Part shown: positions 18,476 through 27,039 of the stretch, piece by piece
Numbering within the stretch: the first letter of the stretch is position 1
Layout: each line of letters begins with the position of its first letter
DNA from: Candidatus Rokuibacteriota bacterium
GTDB taxonomy: Bacteria > Methylomirabilota > Methylomirabilia > Rokubacteriales > DASRDR01
Direction: 5' to 3'
DNA: 36,828 nucleotides
Assembly: GCA_044866005.1 (NCBI GenBank)
Contig: JBIOTN010000037.1
Span: forward strand, 1 to 36,828
Position numbers and translations under genes: made by a program
The notes under the pieces: model-generated
Seen by the model: the letters and a program-made list of their open reading frames with translations, nothing else
The model's database searches: none
Told to the model about the DNA's origin: nothing

Positions 18476-19837
18476 ATGGGCGGCGGGGAGGGTCTGGTGC
18501 GGTCGCGGACGAGGGGCCGCTGCTGGGTGGTGCCGGTGCTCGGCATCGTGGCCCTGCTCGTGCCCACGGCGGCCTGCGCCATCGGCGCGGACGAGTTCCT
18601 GCGATCACCGGGCGCCGAGGCCTTCCGGCAGGGCCGCTACGAGGACGCGCTCGCCGGGTTTGAGCGCCTGCTGGAGCGCTATCCGGACGACGCCCTGATC
18701 CTCCGGTACATCGGCATCACCCAGGACCGGCTCGGGCGCTACGCCGAGGCGGTCGCGACCTACCGGCGGGCCGTCGCCGTCGACCCGCGCGACGCGGCGC
18801 TCCGCCTCTTCCTCGGGATCGCGCACTACCACCTGCGAGACGCGGGGAGCGCGCGCGAGGCCCTCGCCCGGGCCGTGGAGCTGGGGCCGGACTCACCCTA
18901 CGCCCAGCGGGCGCAAGAGTACCTCGACGTCATGGCCCGGCAGGCGGCCGAGTACGCGCGCCCGGGCGCGCCGCGACGGTGGAACCTTTCGCTCCGGGCC
19001 GGCGTCGAGTTCGACACCAACGTCCCGCAGGCCCCCGCGGACCGGAGCGTGTTCCCCGGCGACCGGGACGGCGTGCGCTTCACGCAGTACCTGGCGGGGA
19101 CGTATCGGCTCCTCGCCGGCGGGCCCTGGGAGGCGAGGATCGAGGGCTCGGTCTACTACAGCGAGCATCCGGACCGCGACCTCAACGACTTCGACGTATC
19201 GGCGCTGGAGGCGGGACTCGTCGCCGGCTACGCCACGGCTGTGGCCGGTCTGCCGGTTCTCCCGGCCGCGCGCTACGCCTACAAGCCCGTCTACCAGCAA
19301 GGCCATCGCTACAGCGAGGCTCACACCGTGACCGCCTCGGTCAACGTCGGCTTCACCCGGGAGACCACGACCAGCCTCGCGTACCGCCTGGCGTTCCTCG
19401 ACTTTCGCGACGAGGGCTTTGACCCACGCCTCTCCTCCCGCGACGCGACGAGCCACGCGCTGGGCGTGACCCACTACCTCTACTTCGCCGAGCGGCGGGG
19501 CTACGTCTGGGGCGGCTACGAGTACCAGTGGAGCGACGCCGACGGGCTCAACTTCGAGTCGCGCACCCATCGGGTTGGCGGAGGCGTAGCCGCCCCGGTG
19601 CCGCTCGGGGCGCGGCTCGACGTCAGCGCCGAGTACGCCCGGGACGACTACCCCGACTTCCAGGGGCCGCGGAAGCGGCAGACGGACCGGTGGAGCGCGT
19701 CCGTGGCGCTCTCGCGGCCGGTGTGGGAGCCGCTCGTGGTGACGCTCTCGTACTCGTACCGGCGCGAGGACTCGAGCCTGGACCAGCTGGACTACGACCG
19801 GCACATCGTGGGCCTCACGATGGGGGTTTCGTTCTGA
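18476..19837 (+). CDS. TPR + C-terminal beta-barrel outer-membrane protein (Slam/DUF560-like)
   Basis: Signal peptide, about 3 TPR-like helical repeats, then W.LSLRAGVEFDTNV and alternating aromatic beta-strands ending in a C-terminal Phe. Start is ATG 18476 or GTG 18497. Confidence 0.75.
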   Translation: MGGGEGLVRSRTRGRCWVVPVLGIVALLVPTAACAIGADEFLRSPGAEAFRQGRYEDALAGFERLLERYPDDALILRYIGITQDRLGRYAEAVATYRRAVAVDPRDAALRLFLGIAHYHLRDAGSAREALARAVELGPDSPYAQRAQEYLDVMARQAAEYARPGAPRRWNLSLRAGVEFDTNVPQAPADRSVFPGDRDGVRFTQYLAGTYRLLAGGPWEARIEGSVYYSEHPDRDLNDFDVSALEAGLVAGYATAVAGLPVLPAARYAYKPVYQQGHRYSEAHTVTASVNVGFTRETTTSLAYRLAFLDFRDEGFDPRLSSRDATSHALGVTHYLYFAERRGYVWGGYEYQWSDADGLNFESRTHRVGGGVAAPVPLGARLDVSAEYARDDYPDFQGPRKRQTDRWSASVALSRPVWEPLVVTLSYSYRREDSSLDQLDYDRHIVGLTMGVSF

Positions 19838-19851
19838 GAGAGGACCGGGAC

Positions 19852-20238
19852 ATGGCGAGCCTCTGGCCGGCATCTCGACGACGACTGCTGCGGGTTGGCG
19901 TGGCGCTCGGCCTGCTGGCGGCCTGGCCGGTGGGGAGCGGCGAGGCGCGCGCGGAGGAACGCGCGATTCACCCGGTCGACGAGGCGATGCGGGTGCTCGA
20001 CCTGTCCCAGCACCCGGACCTCGTCCGGCTCCTGGTCGCCACGCCGGGCGGGGTGCGGGCGCCCCAGCACCCGGACCTCTTCAGCGCGCTGGAGCGCCGC
20101 GTCCAGCAGACCGACTTCCGGATGGCGCCGCCGCCACAACCGCCACAGCCGGGGCCGGGCGCTCCTCCGTCCGGCGCGCCGCCCGGTCCGGCGCCGTCGC
20201 CCGGGACGCAACCCCCGGGCCCGCCGCCGCACCCCTAG
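19852..20238 (+). CDS. Small exported Pro-rich protein (128 aa)
   Basis: ATG 14 nt after the previous stop, with GAGAGGA RBS. SRRRLL Tat-like leader, ARA-E cleavage site, two QHPDL motifs and a Pro/Gly tail. Confidence 0.65.
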   Translation: MASLWPASRRRLLRVGVALGLLAAWPVGSGEARAEERAIHPVDEAMRVLDLSQHPDLVRLLVATPGGVRAPQHPDLFSALERRVQQTDFRMAPPPQPPQPGPGAPPSGAPPGPAPSPGTQPPGPPPHP

Positions 20239-20242
20239 TTGT

Positions 20243-20310
20243 TTCGGGGGGTCTCGGGAGACCCCCCCGATGCCCCCCGGCCTTTGCGGCGGCGAAGCCG
20301 CCACTCGGAG
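20243..20310 (+). repeat. REP-like two-hairpin intergenic element, copy 2
   Basis: ttcggggggtctcgggagacccccccgatgcccccc...ggcggcgaagccgcc-actcggag, between convergent genes. Confidence 0.8.
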
Positions 20311-20336
20311 GCAGCACACCATGCGCGCGGCCCGCG

Positions 20337-23300
20337 CTACCGCGGGCCGATCCCGATCGGGCCTTCCTTCGGCGGTCGGGGGATGCCCTCGCGGGGTTGC
20401 TGCGGGGGCTCGGGCCCGCGCGGCTGTGGAGGCGTCTTCGGGTCATGAGGCCGCGGGGTGTCGGGCTGCGTGTGCGGCGGGGCCTCCACGCCGCCCGCCC
20501 GTGGCGTCGGCCCCGTCACCGGCCCAGCCGTGGGCGTGTCCGGCGCACTTGGGGGGCCCTTGGGGATGGTGCCGAGCGGCGCAAGCTCGGTCCCGGGGGT
20601 GAGGGCGCCGCGCGGCGTCCCGAGCAACTCCGTCGGCGCCGGCCCGCCCAGAACGCCCATGGTCTCGTCCACACTGAGCGCGGGCTGCCCGAATGCGATG
20701 GCCCCGCTCGCGTCGGCGATGATTTCGGTTTGCTGACCCGCCCCGAAAGTGACGGCGGTCGCCGTCGCGCCACCGAGCACGTTCCCACTTATGGGCGCGC
20801 TCGAATTGTTACCCAACACGAAAGATGTCCGTCCGCCTTCCAGTGGCGTGATGGCCGTGCTGATGCTGTCCCGGAGGAACTCCCCGAACTTTCTCCCGAG
20901 TTTGGTGGCGACCCCGTACCAGAACTTCACCCCGCGTACGGTCGGATGCCTCCGGAAGAGCTCCCCCGGTGTGGTCGGGATGCTGAACTTCCAGGTGAAC
21001 TTCTGGTCCCCGAGCTGGATGGTCGCGCTGCCGAGTGGGATGGAACTCCCGGATCTACTCGGCTGTGCGCCCTGCGTCATGGCTCCAGCCCCGCCGACCG
21101 TGCCGGCCGTGCCGGCCGTGCCTGCCTGTGTGGTCTGCTGACCGGGGACAGGCGGCGACGCCCCGCCGGCCGCGGGCCCTGGCGGTACGTCAGGGAACCC
21201 GTGGCCCCACTCGTGGGTCATGATGAGCGTGATGTCCCCGCCCGCTGATCCCGCCGGCTGGCCGGCTGGTGGCAGGCCGAACGACACCACGGGAAGCGAG
21301 GTCGGCGCCGGGGCGTCGGTCGGTGGCGGGCCGATGGCCCGCTGCGGAGTGAATTCGAACGTCAGGCCGCTTGACTGATCCGAGACCCGGTAGCTCGGTG
21401 CCGGGCCGCCGGAGAGCTCCAATATGGGTTCTTTCGCGCCCGAGATGAAGAACCTGACAGGCTCGGTCGCCTCGACGGGGATGGTCAGCCCCCCTTGCGA
21501 GCCGCTGGGGAGCACGCTCGTGTGGCTCGGGCCTTGCGCCGCCTGGAGCGTGTACCACGACGGAAGCAGCAGGGGGACGAGCCCCCGGTCGTTGGTGAGG
21601 TTCAGGATTACGTCCACCCCTTCGACGAAGACCAGGCCTCCCACGCTAGGGATCACGCCTCCCTGGGGAGCCGTGCTCGAGTTCGAGAGAATGAGGAGCC
21701 CGGGACCTCCACCCACGACCTCCCATCCGGGGCCGACGAGGATGACGGTGTTCTTCCCGGCATTGCCGTAAAGGGAAAGGGTGCCACCCTTTTGGACGTC
21801 ACCGGCAAGCACGATAACGGTGTCGTCACCCGGGCCTCCAAACACAAGGCGAGAAGTCGGACCAACCGTTGCGTCCCCCTGCACGGGCCCGGCCCAGATC
21901 GTGTCGTCACCGCCCTGGCCGAAGATCGCGAGGCCGGGGGGCTTGGCGTTCACGATGATGTCGCGCCCATTGGTCCCGATGATGTCACCCATGCTGTCGG
22001 TGTACGGGGCGGCCGGGTCCTGCTGGCCGACGTTTGCGATGAGACCGCCGGCGATCCCCGCGGCGCGCGTCGAGAGCATCGCCGTCGCGACGGTGGTCAG
22101 CGCCTCGGTGGTCCGGAGCTCCGCGCCTTCGCCCGCCAGCCACACCGTGTTGGGATCAAGCAGCCGGAGATCGCGGAAGCTAACGCGCGCCAGCTCGTGG
22201 CGGTCGTCGGGATCCCGGACCACCAGGGCGCCGCTCATCGGTTGACGCGGGGACCCCTCTGCTCCCAGGGCGTCGGTCGTAACCACTCGGAACTGAGACG
22301 TGCCCGGAACGTCCGGCTCAAACTTAAGAGCGGCCGTAGGCCCCGGCGCTTCGACCGACCGTTTCAGGGTGAACGGGCCGGCGCGCTGCACCTTGACGGG
22401 TTTGTCGCCCTCGCTCTCGAATCGGAAGCTTGCCGGCACCCAGAGTTTCTGCTCCTTCTTGCCGTACTCGCCCGCTGCCGTGCCTGACCCTTTGGGGTAC
22501 ACGACCGGTTCCGGCGAGAACTTCACCGTCATGTAACAGGGGTCCTTGGTAGTACCGGCATCGCAGGCCGGGAGAGTGATTTCGGTGATGAGCGCGTTGA
22601 AGAATTCCGGCCGCCGGAGCTTTTTCGCCAGTTCGTCCATCTCCCGGAGCAGCCGGTCCACTTCCTCCACTGTGAAGGGCGCCTGAGGCTGCCCGCCCTG
22701 GAGGGACCCCGCCTCGCGCTGTTCGACCACCTCGGCCCGCGTGCCCGCGTGCCCCCTTGCCGTGGGGCGGACTCCTGCACTCCTGGAGCGAACACGCGCT
22801 TTGGTGTACGCATGGGATTTGGCCCCCTTGCTCGGGTCCGCCCCCAGCGCTTGCTCCCCGGCCGTGTATTTGAACGCGGGGCGGATCACGCCAGAGTCAA
22901 TCCATCCTTCCTTCCCGCCGGGAGTCCGAACCCGGGTCCTCCCGTTGGCCTCGTCCACCTCCATCACGTCAACCGTGTCGCCTTCGTTGAGTTCATCGAC
23001 GATCGGGGACAGGGCGTGGTTGGTAGCGCGGACGTACACCTTCTCGACGCGGATGGTGCGGAGCGTGGAGGCCGGGAGCACTGCAGTCACAGGCTGCGGA
23101 GGCGGCTGGATCGCGGGGCCGCCGGGGGCCGGCCCTGGCTGGTCACCCGGACACGGCGGCCGGTCTGGCGAGTCGCCGCACCCGGGCTGCGCTCCCGCCG
23201 CCTCGGTCCCTTCGTCACAGGTTCCGCCGGGACAGGGGTCCTCGCACGGCTGATCGCCCGGGCAACCCGGCTCTTCAGCGACTTGTGGCTGGTCACCGGG

Positions 23301-23828
23301 ACATGGCGGCGACGCTGGCGATTCCCCGCACCAGGGCCCTCCTCCTGCCGCTTCGCGTTCCTCGCACCTCCCGCCGGGACAGGAGCCGCCGGGGCAGCCC
23401 GCAGGCCCGCACGGCTCGGCGGGCTTGTCCGCTACGACGATGAGGGTCCAGTAACGGGGAACGAGGCGCCCCGCGGTGCCGGTCACTGTTTCGACGGGCC
23501 TGCCGTTGGGGTCCCAGCCGGGAGTCGTGCGAACGAGCTTGTGACTGGCCACCCAGTCCCAGGTTTCAGCCGAGACTTCCCGCCAACCGCCGTCCAGCCA
23601 GACCCACTCCCCACTGTCCGGATCGATCCCCCAGAACTTCCACTCCCTTGACTCCCGTGGGCCGGCGAAGGCCTTGCCGCGCACGCGGGCCCGCTCCTGC
23701 TCTTTGAGCTTCTCCTCTTCGAGGTACCGCACCACGTCGGCCGGATCGACCTTGGGGGCACACCCGCTAATAATGAGGACGGCCACGCCCACGATCAGGA
23801 GCACTTGGAAGAGCTTCTGGCCCTTCAT
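20337..23828 (-). CDS. Large mosaic lipoprotein (1163 aa): Cys-rich repeat, SH3-like domain, RTX-like repeats, HEXXH, Pro-rich tail
   Basis: AGGAG RBS and lipobox IISG-C. Uninterrupted ORF with GQGGDDTI / GGPGDDTV / GNAGKNTV repeats and HEWGH. Confidence 0.8.
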   Translation of the reverse strand: MKGQKLFQVLLIVGVAVLIISGCAPKVDPADVVRYLEEEKLKEQERARVRGKAFAGPRESREWKFWGIDPDSGEWVWLDGGWREVSAETWDWVASHKLVRTTPGWDPNGRPVETVTGTAGRLVPRYWTLIVVADKPAEPCGPAGCPGGSCPGGRCEEREAAGGGPWCGESPASPPCPGDQPQVAEEPGCPGDQPCEDPCPGGTCDEGTEAAGAQPGCGDSPDRPPCPGDQPGPAPGGPAIQPPPQPVTAVLPASTLRTIRVEKVYVRATNHALSPIVDELNEGDTVDVMEVDEANGRTRVRTPGGKEGWIDSGVIRPAFKYTAGEQALGADPSKGAKSHAYTKARVRSRSAGVRPTARGHAGTRAEVVEQREAGSLQGGQPQAPFTVEEVDRLLREMDELAKKLRRPEFFNALITEITLPACDAGTTKDPCYMTVKFSPEPVVYPKGSGTAAGEYGKKEQKLWVPASFRFESEGDKPVKVQRAGPFTLKRSVEAPGPTAALKFEPDVPGTSQFRVVTTDALGAEGSPRQPMSGALVVRDPDDRHELARVSFRDLRLLDPNTVWLAGEGAELRTTEALTTVATAMLSTRAAGIAGGLIANVGQQDPAAPYTDSMGDIIGTNGRDIIVNAKPPGLAIFGQGGDDTIWAGPVQGDATVGPTSRLVFGGPGDDTVIVLAGDVQKGGTLSLYGNAGKNTVILVGPGWEVVGGGPGLLILSNSSTAPQGGVIPSVGGLVFVEGVDVILNLTNDRGLVPLLLPSWYTLQAAQGPSHTSVLPSGSQGGLTIPVEATEPVRFFISGAKEPILELSGGPAPSYRVSDQSSGLTFEFTPQRAIGPPPTDAPAPTSLPVVSFGLPPAGQPAGSAGGDITLIMTHEWGHGFPDVPPGPAAGGASPPVPGQQTTQAGTAGTAGTVGGAGAMTQGAQPSRSGSSIPLGSATIQLGDQKFTWKFSIPTTPGELFRRHPTVRGVKFWYGVATKLGRKFGEFLRDSISTAITPLEGGRTSFVLGNNSSAPISGNVLGGATATAVTFGAGQQTEIIADASGAIAFGQPALSVDETMGVLGGPAPTELLGTPRGALTPGTELAPLGTIPKGPPSAPDTPTAGPVTGPTPRAGGVEAPPHTQPDTPRPHDPKTPPQPRGPEPPQQPREGIPRPPKEGPIGIGPR

Positions 23829-24024
23829 GTCCGATCTCCTACGTCCACGAGTAGATGGGCCTGTTCAGAACGAAGGCAGGGCGGGACCAAGACGTCCTCG
23901 AAGCCGACCGAGGCATGACGGCACGTTGGCAGAGCGGGAGCCAGTGGCGGGGGGGCGCTTCCCGCCGTTGAGAGGGGCCGGGTGGAGACCCCGCGGAACC
24001 ACACTTTCGCCCCTTGGCACGGCC

Positions 24025-24053
24025 ATTACAGCGGCACGTCGAATCATTGTCAA
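24025..24053 (-). promoter_or_regulatory. Sigma70-type promoter upstream of the large lipoprotein
   Basis: TTGACA-N17-TGTAAT, about 195 nt upstream of ATG 23828. Confidence 0.7.
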
Positions 24054-24091
24054 GGGACAATGACGGCGGCGGCCGCCCGGGGGCCCGGCGG

Positions 24092-24526
24092 TCAGGTCGC
24101 GGACTGCGGCGGGTTCTTCCCCGCGGCGCTGCCGGGCCCGACCACCGCGCGGACCTGCTGCACGAGCTTGTCGAGGGGCAACGGCTTTTCCATCCGTCCC
24201 ACGACGTTCACCCCGGCCGCGCGGACCTCCGCATCGTCGCCCAGGTAGCCCGACACGATCAGGATGGGGATGCTCCGCCAGCGCGGGTGCTCTCCCACCG
24301 TGTCCAGGAAGTCCTGGCCGGTCATGCGCGGCATCCGGAGGTCGAGGAGGATCAGGTCGGGGAAGAGGTCCCGGATGAGCTCGAGCGCCGCCTTGCCGTC
24401 TTCCGATCCCACCACGGCGTAGCCGGCGACCGCCAGGGCATCCGTCCACACGGCCCGGAGCCGGGCGTCGTCGTCGACGACGAGGACCCACTTGCGCGGG
24501 AGGGGAGGGGAAGACTCGGGCGACAC
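24092..24526 (-). CDS. Single-domain response regulator (REC only)
   Basis: VLVVDDD, PDLILLDLRMP (phospho-acceptor Asp), IVSG and EKP. Start codon uncertain. Confidence 0.88.
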   Translation of the reverse strand: MSPESSPPLPRKWVLVVDDDARLRAVWTDALAVAGYAVVGSEDGKAALELIRDLFPDLILLDLRMPRMTGQDFLDTVGEHPRWRSIPILIVSGYLGDDAEVRAAGVNVVGRMEKPLPLDKLVQQVRAVVGPGSAAGKNPPQSAT

Positions 24527-24559
24527 GACGAGGCAGGGTACGGGGTGAAGCGCCGGGTG

Positions 24560-25582
24560 TCAAGCGCCGGGCTGCCCAGCGCCGGGGTGCCCGGGATGCG
24601 AGGGGTCGGCGGCCTGACGAGGGATCAGGTTCACCGGGGGCTCGCCCCGGGCGGTCCGGTGGATGTTCTCCGCCATGAGCTTCGCCCGCGCCTCTCGGGT
24701 CCCGTCGGTCCAGCCGGACACGTGCGGCGTCATGAGCACGTTGGGCAGCTCGTGGAACGGCCAGTGCGCCGGCAGCGTCGGTCCGGCGGTCGTCGGATAC
24801 CGATACCAGACGTCGAGGGCGGCCCCCGCGATGCGGTGGTCGGCGAGCGCCCGATAGAGCGCTTCTTCCTCGACGATCTCGGCGCGCGCCACGTTGACCA
24901 GGATGGCGGTCGGCTTCATCGTTCGAAGCTCCCGCGCCCCGAGGAGGCCGCGCGTGGCCGGGGTGAGCGGCAGCGTGATCGCGACGTAGTCCGCCCGCGC
25001 CAGGACGTCACCCAGGCCGTCCAGGCCGCGGACCAGGGCGTGGGGATCGGCCGGCGAGGCCTGGCGCCGGATGGCGAGGACCTCCATGTCGAACGCGCGG
25101 GCCCGCCGCGCCACGGCCTGACCGATGCGGCCGTAGCCGAGGATGCCGAGCGTCCGCCCGGCCAGCTCGGGCCAGGCCGGGGGCGGTGGCGCGCCGGGCG
25201 CCCACTGGCTTTCCCAGCGGCCCGCGCGAAGGCTCGCGTCGAGCCGGCCGAAGCTCCGGCTGAGCGCCACCATCGCCCCCAGCACGTACTCGGCGATGCC
25301 CGTCTCGTGGCCGTAGACGTTCGCGAGCGCCGCGCCCGGCGGAAGCGCCGACCGGTCGATCCGGTCCAGACCGGCGCCGGGGACCTGCACGAGGCGGAGC
25401 CGCCGGGCGGCCGCGCCCATGGCGGCGGTGAACACGAGGGTGACGAGGACGTCCACCTCGGGCAGCCGGGACGCGGCCTCCCGCTCGTCGGTGAGGACGA
25501 TGTCGCAGGGCACGGCGAGGTGCGCCCGCACGCGGTCGGCGAAGCTCGCGGCGAGCGTGCCCACGAAGGCGACCCGCAGCAT
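24560..25582 (-). CDS. D-isomer-specific 2-hydroxyacid dehydrogenase
   Basis: GILGYGRIG Rossmann motif, LVNVARA, GAALDVW and MTPHVSG. Confidence 0.92.
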   Translation of the reverse strand: MLRVAFVGTLAASFADRVRAHLAVPCDIVLTDEREAASRLPEVDVLVTLVFTAAMGAAARRLRLVQVPGAGLDRIDRSALPPGAALANVYGHETGIAEYVLGAMVALSRSFGRLDASLRAGRWESQWAPGAPPPPAWPELAGRTLGILGYGRIGQAVARRARAFDMEVLAIRRQASPADPHALVRGLDGLGDVLARADYVAITLPLTPATRGLLGARELRTMKPTAILVNVARAEIVEEEALYRALADHRIAGAALDVWYRYPTTAGPTLPAHWPFHELPNVLMTPHVSGWTDGTREARAKLMAENIHRTARGEPPVNLIPRQAADPSHPGHPGAGQPGA

Positions 25583-25587
25583 GGGGG

Positions 25588-25989
25588 TCAGGCGAGGACC
25601 AGCTGCGTCTGGATCGTCTGCGACAGCAGCCGGCCGGCCTCGTCCACGACCCGGGTCTGCCAGACCATGGTCCGCTTTCCCCGGTGCAGCGGGATCGCCT
25701 CCGCGCGGACGAGGCCGGCGCGCCCGGCGGCGAAGAAATTGGTCTTGGACTCGATCGTGGTCGTGCCGGCGCCCGGCGGGAGGTTCAGGACGGTCGCGGC
25801 CGCCCCGACCGTGTCGGCCAGCGCCATCAACGTTCCCCCGTGGAGGGCGCCGCCCACGGTGCGAAGCTCGTCCCGGATCGCGAGCTCGGCGACGACGCGA
25901 TCGGGGTCGGCCTCGACGATGCGGATCCCGAGGTGCGCGGCCAGTGTCCCGTTCAGGCTCTCGCTGATGGCGGTCGCATCCATGGCCAT
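25588..25989 (-). CDS. PaaI-family hotdog thioesterase
   Basis: Start re-called at ATG 25989 (or 25983) behind AGGAGGGAGG. LHGGTLMALADT, TIESKTNF and HRGKRTMVW. Confidence 0.9.
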   Translation of the reverse strand: MAMDATAISESLNGTLAAHLGIRIVEADPDRVVAELAIRDELRTVGGALHGGTLMALADTVGAAATVLNLPPGAGTTTIESKTNFFAAGRAGLVRAEAIPLHRGKRTMVWQTRVVDEAGRLLSQTIQTQLVLA

Positions 25990-26147
25990 GGCCTCCCTCC
26001 TGCGCGCATCATCCGCGAGGCGCGTGGGGAAATCAATCGACGCGCGGCGGGGCCGGGCCCGCCGGGCTCGCGCGCTTGACATGCTGCACCGCCCGCGCCG
26101 ATAGTCACGGCAAGGGGGCCCTCCGGCCCCGCGGAAGGGTGAGCGGC

Positions 26148-27038
26148 ATGGCGCCTGTGGACGCCGGGTTGATCGCGGAGACGGCGAAGACGCTCTACAT
26201 CCGCGCCCTCAAGCTCGTGCCGCCGGACGTCAAGGCCGCCCTGGCGCGGGCCCACGCGCGCGAGACCCATCCCCGCGCCCGCGAGATCCTCGCGACCATG
26301 CTGAAGAACCTGGAGGTGGCCGAGGCGCGCGGGCTCCTCGTGTGCCAGGACACGGGCACGCCGGTCTTCAGGGCGCGCATCGGCCGGCAGTTCCCGTTGG
26401 CGGCCCTCGGCGGCCACGCCATCGCGGACGCGCTGGCCGAGGGCGTGCGCCGCGCGACCGTGGAGCACCCGCTCCGGTCGAGCATCTGCCATCCCCTGAC
26501 GCGCGAGAACCCGCAGACCAACACCGGCTGGCGGATCCCCATCGTGGACTGGACCTTCCTGCCGGACGGCGACGCCCTGGAGCTCCTGATGATGCCGAAG
26601 GGCTCGGGCTCCGAGAACATGTCGTTCCTCCGCATGCTCCCGCCGGCCGCCGGCCTGGCCGGGGTCAAGCGCTTCGTCCTGGACTGCGTGCTCGACAGCG
26701 GGGGCAAGCCCTGTCCCCCGACCATCGTCGGCGTGGGGCTCGGCGGGACGTCCGACCTCTGCATGAAGCTGGCGAAGGAGGCGATCTGGCGGCCGGTGGG
26801 GGAGCCGCATCCCGACCCCGACCTGGCGAAGCTCGAGGCCGACCTGCTCGAGGCGATCAACATGACCGGCCTCGGGCCGATGGGGCTCGGCGGGGACACC
26901 ACGGCGCTGGCCGTCATGGTCGAGGCGGCCTACACCCACATCACGCAGAACCCCGTCGCCGTGACGCTCCAGTGCTGGCGCGGCGAGCGCGCCTCCGCGC
27001 GCATCTTCCCCGACGGCCGGGTCGAGGAGGGCTTCTGA
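26148..27038 (+). CDS. Fe-S hydro-lyase, fumarate hydratase / L-tartrate dehydratase alpha subunit
   Basis: CQDTG, PKGSGSEN, GKPCPP, G.GPMGLGG and a terminal QCW. TTGACA at 26076 upstream may be the -35 element. Confidence 0.9.
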   Translation: MAPVDAGLIAETAKTLYIRALKLVPPDVKAALARAHARETHPRAREILATMLKNLEVAEARGLLVCQDTGTPVFRARIGRQFPLAALGGHAIADALAEGVRRATVEHPLRSSICHPLTRENPQTNTGWRIPIVDWTFLPDGDALELLMMPKGSGSENMSFLRMLPPAAGLAGVKRFVLDCVLDSGGKPCPPTIVGVGLGGTSDLCMKLAKEAIWRPVGEPHPDPDLAKLEADLLEAINMTGLGPMGLGGDTTALAVMVEAAYTHITQNPVAVTLQCWRGERASARIFPDGRVEEGF

Positions 27039-27039
27039 C

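Noticed and set aside
21201..21215. Calling the large lipoprotein a zinc metalloprotease from HEWGH
   Set aside because: The motif sits between low-complexity Pro/Gly segments with no visible protease domain or third ligand. Noted only as a motif.
24014..24030. TTGGCACGGCCATTACA as a plus-strand sigma54 promoter
   Set aside because: The -12 GC is replaced by AC, and there is no plus-strand gene downstream. It overlaps the better-supported minus-strand sigma70 -10.
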